Source of the DNA: Schizochytrium sp. TIO01
Lineage: Eukaryota > Protista > Bigyra: Labyrinthulomycetes
Reading direction: 5' to 3'
Assembly (NCBI GenBank): GCA_004764695.1
Contig: SMSO01000014.1
Coordinates: forward strand, 2,289,648 to 2,353,647
DNA length: 64,000 bases
Positions 54,893 to 64,000 of the stretch are shown piece after piece. The notes beneath the pieces are model-generated. The model had not been told where the DNA came from. It saw only the letters and a program-made list of their open reading frames with translations, and made no database searches. Positions within the stretch are counted from its first letter, which is position 1; each line of letters opens with the position of its first letter. The position numbers and the translations under genes were made by a program.

Positions 54893-57800
54893 CTTGCTCT
54901 CTGACCAAGTGTAAGTTTATACTCTGCCCGCAACTAAGTCAAAACAAAGCGCCACACCACGTAGCCTTTGCGACAGAGACAAATATCGGACGCGTGCTCC
55001 TTACCAGGAGGTTCAATGGGAACTGTTTGTGTTCGTGCTAAGACGGAACGAGAATTTCCACCATCATAATAGGTTCACAATGATCAGAGAGAGCCTTTCG
55101 GCGCAGATACTCCACTGACTAGATAGGTGGGGTACGTACCTCTATACTAGGTAACCACATACTACGTAGTACCTACTTGAGAAAATTTTCTCTTGAACCT
55201 TGGTAATAGTATGATCCTATCTACCTATATAGTAATAGTCAATCCATCAATGGCAGTCACGGTCCAGAAAAAAGAAAATCTATGACTAGGGCAAGGTACG
55301 TAGCGATAGGAGTACGTAGTATTTGTCAAATTCATTTTCTCTTCTAATGTATTATAAATAGAAACAGACAGAAAACAATCGCAGACGGAATGAAACTCAG
55401 CAACAGCTCGAAAAAGAAACTTAAAAGTAGTAACTTGAGATGCTTATCTTTAGCAATAACCCTACATTTCTAATTGATAATTGTGTGCGACTTCCTTCTG
55501 CCCGGAATGGCCGACAGACCATTGTATCTTATTCGTAATAGACCATATACCTCAGAAAGGCGATGTATACGCGATTCAATATCTATCAAGGACCTATAAG
55601 TTGGTACTAATACTCCAGTTAGACCTAACCATGATACTAAATTCCACCTAGCCTAGATACGAAATCTGTTTTCCCTCATGAGATCCTAGTTACCTATACT
55701 ACCTAGACTTATAGCTGAAACAAAAGATATTGATGCTCCACATCTTGCGCTAAAACTCTAGCTATGACTTGACGATCCTCTCGGGCAGCGCACGCACAAG
55801 GCTGAATATGAGATAATTTGTATACTTAAAATCTTAAATTGTATGATATTTTGACACCCTTAAAATTCAAGCCCTAGAACGAACAACTTGACGTTCACAT
55901 TCTCTGGGAGCTCAATTGGACGGGTAGTAGTTACCTTGCCCATGGAAAGAGATTTAGCACCATGGGAGGCGGGACATTTAATTGATTTAAAAAAATCAAA
56001 AAAATCAGAGATATGTCAATGATTATAAGATCTAAGTGAGAAAGCTATACGTGGTCGTGTCGTCCTACCCCTGATGAATCCTATCCTTGGAATTTTCGTG
56101 TTTGTACGCAGCAAATGAGATTCGTTTAAAAATAAATACCTGTACTCATAGAGTTGGGCCAATTCTTATGATGCCAAAAGAAAAAGTTTACCTCTATTGC
56201 AGAGTAGCTTGTGCTGTGGAGCGTTCAGAGGTAGTCTGACAAGGATGACGAACTCAGGAGAAAGAGAAAGAGGATGATATATGAGTTTTTGGGGGTTTCG
56301 GGTCTGGATACAGGTAGAGATGAATGCATGATGTCAGTCCAACGGACAGGAGAATTAGGTTAGGTTAGGCAGTAGCTGTATATTACTTCAATAACCTCCC
56401 ACCTCTTGATCACCATTATCATTGATGTACTTTCCGTAAGAATAAACTCTGCTGTGCCTTCGCAGTATGCTAAAGAACTGCAGCAATTGTGACTTAAGAA
56501 ACCATCACAACATTCAAGATGGGAAAAGTGTAGTGTAGATATACACATGCAGTAGTAACCATCATTCAAACAAACGTTTGTGCTTATTGCTAAGAGATGA
56601 ATCTGGTTGGCTATGGCGATGAAGGCGAGAGGCTCAAGGAAGGCTTCAAGAGGTCTTGGTAAACTTTGGTTTTAAAAGTTAGCGATCTATTGTCTTTGGA
56701 ATCAGATGGTTTATGGTGTAATTAGGAGTCTGAGACACACTTTATCTGTGTTAGAAGTAATTGACGAAGTTAGATGAGCTCAACTCTTCAACCGCCAATT
56801 CAGGTTCTACCATACTTGATTCTATCAATCGTGTGCATACACCTTTGGTTCATGGCTTCATTACCTCGCAAGTCTTGTTGTCTACCTCTTTCTATGTAAG
56901 TCCTAAACCCTGGAGGCTCTACAGCGGAGCGCCTAGAACTCTGATATTTCCTTGTCCACTAGTTGCTTCGATTGGAGATTGTGGAGCTTACTGGATTTGG
57001 CTTGATTCGTCACAGTTTGCATGGAAGCTGCTCTATATAAAGAGCTCTTCAAAAATATTGTATTAATAAAACTGTTGTACGACCACAATTGTCAAACCGA
57101 ACTGTATTCATTAATCGCTCCTAATGAATTTGTTGTTGGTCCATATAATGTATATGACGGGTGAACACACAACTCTAAGGCAAGGATTGACAACACCAGA
57201 TTTGCAATACGAGCATTACTCGTGTTTGTAAAATTTAAATCAACTTGCAAACATTTTAACCAAGCTTGATTTTTCTCGTCTGATAGCCGACTTCGCAACA
57301 AGTACAAGCATCAAACATAGCCACTCCAGAGCGAAACAAGAAATTACAACGCGTATGCGAAGAGCTGTGCTGGTGGACTATATGCTCAACACCAGCACAC
57401 CAATTATTCTTGCAGCAGAAGCCGCTGCATTCATAAAATGCCTTAATGTTTGTTGAATGCATATCAACGAATTAAACATAAGTCTCTTTCACTGCTCCTG
57501 CTTCAATGATCACCCACGCAGTCTTCAATTGGATGCGACATCCCGGAGCATCAAATTCAGCATCTAGTATTGTAATTAATTATTACCAAAACCCCAGATA
57601 ATACACGATTATACTTATGTAACCAACAATATTTCTATTTTGGACATTCTTTTTAAGTTTGATTTAAAATAATATTAGAGCATGAAAGTCTATATGAGAA
57701 TAGTTTGCACTGTGCAAGGCGACCATGAAGGCTCCGGCTAGGACTTTTCATAAATTTGAAAAAAAAAAATTGTATTTTTTTTCTTTTTTTTTTGGGGGGG

Positions 57801-58481
57801 GGGGGGCTTGAGTTTTTGAGATTGATTTTGAGGGAAGACATATCTTTTCGTAATGGCCTCGATATTTTTGATTTAGCTAAGAGTAATTTTTGACAACTCT
57901 CCGAGGATTAATGCCAGGGAATCTGACAAGGCAGCCTCTACCCGCAAAACGTAGGATTACATTAAAAAGGGAGATTCTCCAGCACCACTCCTGTAGTCCG
58001 GTATATAGCAACTATATGGATACATTCATTGATATTTTATAAAACCGACTAGTTATAAGGCCACACAAAGGCATGCAGAATCTTTTTTGCGAGCTTCTCC
58101 ATTGAAGTTTAGTGGAGACTTGGCAGGAGTCACGAATTCTAGCTCACATTACTTGTATTGTAACGGCTACGGCTCATAGGAACTTAGGTGACTTACTGAA
58201 CCACGCATTATTATTATTGTACTAGAAAGCATATCATCTGATGCAAAGTGCGGAATTTGATTGGATTGACTTTGGCTTTGGCTTCTATTCCCCAAGTAAC
58301 CATAAAAAGAAAGAAAATGATATTCTTTTGGCTTTATACTAAGTTTTCACTAAAGTAATTAAATATATATATATCAGATAGGAGTGCATGTTTTTAATGA
58401 GAGTGAATTTCAACTCAGGATTAATAAAGACGTATGAATAGGTAGGAGGTACCTGCACACTACATCCCTACTCCTCCATAA

Positions 58482-58511
58482 TAGATAGATAGGTAAAGAT
58501 AGATAGATAGT

Positions 58512-58585
<74 letters not shown>
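58482..58585. repeat. (AGAT)n microsatellite
   Basis: Directly visible. Confidence 0.95.
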
Positions 58586-58586
<1 letters not shown>

Positions 58587-59963
58587 ATCAATCTACTCAG
58601 GTGCACTACTTACCATGAGGTCTAACCTAAGTAGAACAGTTTCTAGAATTAACCCTCCATGTCTTATAACATATAACTACATATGCTTAATAGCTCCTAC
58701 CTATCAGTTAACCTAATGAATGTTTGAAGTCCAAATATATCGAATGGACGATAGGATTATACTAGACAAATATACTCATTCAATGGATGGTTGCGGTGGG
58801 GCGTGCGTTGATGGTTGATCCCAGATCTAGCAAAACCAAAACTCCTCGCAAGAGGATAGGAACAAGGGAAGGCTACGCGCTTCTTAGCAAGTTGCGTGTC
58901 TTCTCTCTACATCATGTTTTAATCATTGAACATGCTTCGCACGAAACTGGGGAGTATGTTGAGGCCAAAAGAATGAAGTAGCGTGTCTCTCTGCGTTGCT
59001 AGGCTTGGTAAGTGCTTATAGAGTTGGAAAGATCTAAATTATGGCAAAGGGAGTAACGATGGATCTGCATACAAAGAGTTCATACAGTGTCTTAGTCAAT
59101 GACGAAACTAATTAATCCACTTCAGTCTAACCGATGACCCGTGAGGATTACCTTAATTCACATTCGTAACACACCGAGACTATGACCTATGTTAGACATT
59201 GTATGCTTGATCTCTTTCTCTCGAAAAGTTGATAAAGTAGAGACTTCACTAGTTTACCAAAAGGATCTGGAGACTGACTTTAATATTATCTTTGTACCAT
59301 TTATACGACAGCCTCACCTCCAAAAATTGTATATATATATGTATTTTATTTAAATGTAATGCTCAGTATTCTATAAAATAAAAATGACATCTATTTGTGT
59401 CTACGCTTTCTCCAGTTTTCTTCTTCTTGTGCATTGCTTAATCTCAATGTGACTAAAATAAAAGAGGTTTTAAATATTAAACTGGTTAATATGCAATCTT
59501 TAGCTTAAAGTATATGCTATGTAATTTTTAATTTATATTAGATCTAATCTGTTTAGGTAAAAATCACCCCAACTTAAAAAACAAAAAAATCCTGAAACGA
59601 GATTATCCTACGAATTTTTGCATGCGTACAAGAGACCCTTGGATCTCCTGTGTAAACTGCAAAAGAACAAAACAAACTGTATATGTGACGCGCTTCACAG
59701 TTATGTTTTGATTACCTATCTTTCTCTTTATTCTTATCGCCTTTTTTTTTTTCCGTCTTCTGGACCCAGTTTCAAGTGACCAAATCAGCCCCAACGGCTA
59801 AATGCTAGAATTCCTAAAATGAAGTCATTTTAGGGATAACACAATTGCTTGTTCTTTACAGAGCTGAAGGATCACCGTCGCTAGCCGACTTATCTTGCAA
59901 TTTGCAGGGAAGCGAATCCATAGGGAATCAGGTTAGCGACAAGTTCCGAGAAGGCTTGTAGAC

Positions 59964-62144
59964 ATGGAGGAAGCACGGCAGCGAGCACTAGAGCTAATTT
60001 ATCGGTATGACGTTGCAGCTTCGCCAGGGAAGTCTTCAGAAACCACAGCTAAGGTGACACAAACAATTGTCGGGAGCCATGCAACGCCAGGATTTGAAGT
60101 TCTTAATCTGCGATCCTCTGCACTCCGTGCTGAAGTAGATAATGACGAATACCGAGATCTGAAAAACTTCTTGAAGTATCAAAAGGTTCGTTCAATTGAC
60201 AAAGTTTTTAAAGAGCGTGAGAGCCGTGAACGTGGCGATGACCGAGACGTTGAATCTGCAAAGAAGAAACTATTAATTCGTGGCATGCAGCAGCATAAAT
60301 TGAACCTGCTAAAAGCAAAGGAAATTCAACTTCATCTAGCTGGGACAAGGAAAGTTGAGTCTGGACGATCTATGCAGCATTCGAAGGATAGTTCAAAGTT
60401 CAATTCTCCTAAAGTGTCTCCGCGGGAGCCCCATTCGCCTCGCAAATCTCTACCATCCATCCTTTCTCCAGGGCATCATACACTTGTAGCGTGGCAAGGG
60501 GTCCCAGAAAGTCTACGAAAGGCTTACTTTGATGAAGAAGATGCAAGAGATGAAGAAGGTATTCAGAACTCAGAGGTTGATGACAAAGAGTCCCGAAAGC
60601 ACAGCATAAAAACGAAATCAAAATTTAATGCTCAGCTTCCAATGACGGCAGTGAACAAGGCCAAGAACCAAATGCCCATTGTGCCAACCATTGAATCTCA
60701 TGAGATGCAGCTCGGGCGTGTTCGTGGATTCCTTGATGTGCATCAACGAATCGACACAAATTTGAGGGAAGTGGAAAATATTGATTTTACATACGATGAT
60801 GGGCTAAGAATGACTGAAAAAAGACAAAGAAGCAAGAATCAGCAAAATTCACCAACGCAAGAATCAGCGTATGTACGCCAGAAGGCTTGGTTAGAACAAA
60901 GAGCTCTACAATACGGACGTGAACGCAAAAAGAAGCTGAAAAGAAACCAAACTTCGCAAGCAATCCACACGATGCAAAGTTCCCCCCTCTGCGCGCTTAC
61001 TGATAAAAAGGAACGTGTGTCTAGACTGTTATCCAAATCAAGTTCTTGCACAAAGCTAGTTGGCTATACTGAGCTGTGTAAACGAGCTCGGCAACAGGTC
61101 CTAAGCGAACGCAAGTCTCAGCTTGAGATACTTGCCAAACGAAGGCATGCTGCTCAAGTAATTAAACGCGCTCTCTCTCGTTATGTCGACAAATTGCATG
61201 GGCGCAGAGTTCTTGCAGAGGAGATGTCAAAGATTATTAACCGCCAAGAAAAATGCGTTTCAAAGCTGCAAGCGGTCTTTCGAGGACATGCAGCTCGGGT
61301 TGGTGTTCAAGCACTAGTCATTCGACGAACTCGTGCAGCATTAACACTACAGCGTCTTGTGCGCAACTCGCGCAGTTGGCGACGCGCAGAACGCGAGCGT
61401 AATCATGAGCTACGAAATAGGCAACAGAGTATTCAAGAGGAAGCTGCTGCAAAATCAGATGCTGAGAAAGAACATTTTGAATGGATTCATCGTGTTTTAA
61501 GTCGAACCCAGAAGGAGTCAAATGCAGAAACTCGACTCTCTATTTTGAGTTCTACTCCTGAAAATGTCCGAAACTGGGTTGTAAACGCCCCCACGATGCT
61601 CTCTTCATCAGATTTACACGAGTCAGACAGCGCCAGAGAACTCGTGTTGCATCAAGGAAACTCTAGTAGAAAAGGCAGTGAAAAGGATCATGCGAGACTT
61701 CCTTCATCTGTACCAAAGCTTAGGCTATTTAGCAACAAAGACTCTTTAGAGTTATCAGATCATTTAAAGAGCCACCTTTCTCCCCAGCAGTCCCAGCCAG
61801 ATAGAATTGGTTCAGGTTCATTTTTGACAGAAATTGATACGTATCAGGCAGCCAGTGGTGATAGACAAATGGAACAACCTTCAGCTAAAATCAGCACACG
61901 TGAGGGCCATGGCCCTGTCTCGAAGCAGCCTTGTTACAAGAAAATCAATTCAGCAAGCTTAACCTCTGAAGAGTTTGCAGCAATGAATACGAAATTAGAG
62001 GCTGAGTTAAGTAGGCGCGTAGTCAACGTTCATGGCCGTATGAGTCGTCTTCAAAACACTATCAACACAATCAGCCATCATGAACAACAACTGCCTGATT
62101 TAAGATTTCGTGCTCAAGATGACAAAAGTAAGAATTCTTATTGA
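59964..62144 (+). CDS. IQ-motif-containing basic/disordered protein (726 aa)
   Basis: Long intact ORF with IQ-like motifs AAQVIKRALSRY, VSKLQAVFRGHAAR and AALTLQRLVRNSRS, plus short coiled coils. Confidence 0.82.
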   Translation: MEEARQRALELIYRYDVAASPGKSSETTAKVTQTIVGSHATPGFEVLNLRSSALRAEVDNDEYRDLKNFLKYQKVRSIDKVFKERESRERGDDRDVESAKKKLLIRGMQQHKLNLLKAKEIQLHLAGTRKVESGRSMQHSKDSSKFNSPKVSPREPHSPRKSLPSILSPGHHTLVAWQGVPESLRKAYFDEEDARDEEGIQNSEVDDKESRKHSIKTKSKFNAQLPMTAVNKAKNQMPIVPTIESHEMQLGRVRGFLDVHQRIDTNLREVENIDFTYDDGLRMTEKRQRSKNQQNSPTQESAYVRQKAWLEQRALQYGRERKKKLKRNQTSQAIHTMQSSPLCALTDKKERVSRLLSKSSSCTKLVGYTELCKRARQQVLSERKSQLEILAKRRHAAQVIKRALSRYVDKLHGRRVLAEEMSKIINRQEKCVSKLQAVFRGHAARVGVQALVIRRTRAALTLQRLVRNSRSWRRAERERNHELRNRQQSIQEEAAAKSDAEKEHFEWIHRVLSRTQKESNAETRLSILSSTPENVRNWVVNAPTMLSSSDLHESDSARELVLHQGNSSRKGSEKDHARLPSSVPKLRLFSNKDSLELSDHLKSHLSPQQSQPDRIGSGSFLTEIDTYQAASGDRQMEQPSAKISTREGHGPVSKQPCYKKINSASLTSEEFAAMNTKLEAELSRRVVNVHGRMSRLQNTINTISHHEQQLPDLRFRAQDDKSKNSY

Positions 62145-62564
62145 ATAACTTTATTAACTTTCTATACCTCACTTTGCTACAATTGTACTTTACAGTGCTT
62201 TTCCGGGCTCTCTTCTTAAAAGTCTAAGCATTTTCGCAAAGTGCATATTATATGTATAACCGAAAGGCTTTGTCTTTTCGCGCCTGTCTAGTCTTCGGTA
62301 TTATTGTAGCAATTAGTCCCAGTAAGTAAAGTACACAAAGAAAACAACCCCTGCATCTGACAAAGCTTCTAGAAAACCTAGAACAAAATGATTGTGGAGT
62401 TTAAAAGCTTTAAAGGGAACACAGACTTCTTGGAGTGCATGGCAGTACCCTTCCAACAAAGCATTATAAGGTTGCAAATGTGAAGCTGAAATATGAATAT
62501 GTAGAACCAAGAACTTAAAAGGGTAATTGTGAGCTCAAGTATTTCGTTTGTACGATTCTTACTA

Positions 62565-64000
62565 CTAATTTCTCATCTGGACTTGAATAGATTGGTGGAT
62601 TGAGCACAAGAAGTCATCATATGCAGGCATACTCTTGAGGGAGAACAAAGAGTCCTCGACTAAATACTTCAATGACTCGCGCTCTGCAACGCTGCCTTGG
62701 ATTGCAACATGGATGGCGCCAAGGATCGAGGAGGCTGATGCGCGTGGGTAGGCTAGTTCGCGGCGAAGAAAGGCTTCTAAAGCCTCGATCAAAGGATGCG
62801 AGCTTGGTGGTGCTACAAAAGGTAATCCGTCTACCTGATAGGTATTTTGTTTCGAGGCTTCGAGCGCAGCTGCATGGGTAGAGTGCCCCGTGACGAGCTT
62901 AATTAACTCAGGGTCGGTACCCTGTAAAATGTAAATGAAGGCGTCAACACCGTTGCACAAGAGAATAATACCCTTCTCATCATCACGAAAAATAGTAGAT
63001 GAAGGTGGCAAGTTTCGCTTCTGCGGCAAAGATTGCACCGTGTCATCTAATTGAAAAGAGTAAACGGCAGGGTAGATGAAGTTAAGGAAAACAGCAAGTG
63101 GAAGACGCTGCAACAGGTTGAAGCTCTCGACACGGGCGTCCGCACGCACTAGGGCAGATTGAACATTACTCCGATGCGACTTGAGGCCTTCTAAGTTCTG
63201 ACGCAAAGCAGCTAACTTTTGAGTAGACACGGCATAAAGGGGCAGGAGCTTGAGCGCCTCTGGAAGAATGAGTTGTTGACCCGTCGGGTTCTTTGCACAA
63301 TGCTTTCGATAGGCACAGAGCATTTTAACAATCTTCTGGTTCATATCAGCATGTACTTTGTTAATGGGCGTGTTACGTTGCATCTCGTCAACAGCCTTCC
63401 GAGAAAGATAGTTAGCAATTGCATCAACATCAGCATTGCGAAAGATGTCACCAATGATATTTGTTACTGAAACAGCTAAATTGTGCACTCGGACACGACG
63501 TTGGCCTTGTGTCGAGGTGTATAAAACAGCGCACTGAATGTAGGCTTCTCCAATTGAATCCATGTTTGACCCATCATGCTCAAGTACAACCATCGACGAG
63601 TTATCTTCGTCAATAAATGCCATGTCAAGCTCCCCACCGCGGACACGCTTCAAACCATTTCCATAGTATTCCACAACTCGCATACCAGTTGATACACGAA
63701 CCTTCAAAACAGCCTCGACAGCTGCATTCCGTCGTACATTATGTTCCAAGACTTGTTGAAACGCAGCTTGCGAAATGGTGTCACCGGCAGCAATGAGAGG
63801 GAAACGATGCAACTCTCCACCAGTGACATTGGATGCAAGACCCCACTGAGCAAGGTCTTTGTGATCATCACCAAAGGAATAGATGTCAATAGAGATTTGC
63901 TTCTCGCAACACTTGCCCATACTTTGTGAAAAGATCGACTCCTCACGACTAGTGTCAATCGTGTACATACCACTCTCACGTGAAGTGCTATATCCTTGTG
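62565..64000 (-). CDS. SEC24: COPII coat subunit Sec24, C-terminal part; runs off the right edge
   Basis: EAVLKVRVSTG, AYIQCAVLYTSTQGQRRVRVHNL, DIFRNADVDAI, AYRKHCA...GQQLILPEALKLLPLY, LVED...YDDFLCSIHQSIQ. The frame stays open upstream of 63968 to the window end. Confidence 0.95.
   Translation of the reverse strand, partial: QGYSTSRESGMYTIDTSREESIFSQSMGKCCEKQISIDIYSFGDDHKDLAQWGLASNVTGGELHRFPLIAAGDTISQAAFQQVLEHNVRRNAAVEAVLKVRVSTGMRVVEYYGNGLKRVRGGELDMAFIDEDNSSMVVLEHDGSNMDSIGEAYIQCAVLYTSTQGQRRVRVHNLAVSVTNIIGDIFRNADVDAIANYLSRKAVDEMQRNTPINKVHADMNQKIVKMLCAYRKHCAKNPTGQQLILPEALKLLPLYAVSTQKLAALRQNLEGLKSHRSNVQSALVRADARVESFNLLQRLPLAVFLNFIYPAVYSFQLDDTVQSLPQKRNLPPSSTIFRDDEKGIILLCNGVDAFIYILQGTDPELIKLVTGHSTHAAALEASKQNTYQVDGLPFVAPPSSHPLIEALEAFLRRELAYPRASASSILGAIHVAIQGSVAERESLKYLVEDSLFSLKSMPAYDDFLCSIHQSIQVQMRN

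Noticed and set aside
56300-57600. Broken minus-strand frames with hydrophobic or Cys-rich stretches
   Set aside because: Too degraded to assign; could be chance.

Overview
Eukaryotic nuclear DNA with long, almost intron-free genes separated by AT-rich tracts and tetranucleotide microsatellites. The gene content and style suggest a stramenopile protist, plausibly a thraustochytrid/labyrinthulomycete (inference only). Twelve protein genes are supported: a myosin with a Pro-rich/WW N-terminus (truncated at the left edge and absent from the ORF track), a head-to-head pair of coiled-coil genes (one with LRRs), a WRKY19-like Cys/His-repeat protein, a CASTOR/POLLUX/DMI1-like channel, mitochondrial MiaB/CDK5RAP1, a prokaryote-type TRIC (UPF0126) membrane protein, V-ATPase subunit d, a 6TM non-RD TKL kinase, a polyQ ubiquitin-like-domain protein, malonyl-CoA decarboxylase and an IQ-motif protein. 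A thirteenth, Sec24, is truncated at the right edge. There is also a decayed SPRY gene and an island of unidentified decayed ORFs inside a ~12 kb gene-poor stretch. The most notable signal is three separate +1 frame breaks (two in the channel, one in the kinase), each beside a TTT and a short homopolymer; assembly error is the default explanation, but +1 frameshifting or very short introns are testable alternatives. Other highlights are a Helitron-like 3' end, nested inverted microsatellites and an enriched AGGYRCCT palindrome. No rRNA, tRNA, CRISPR array or intact transposase was recognised.
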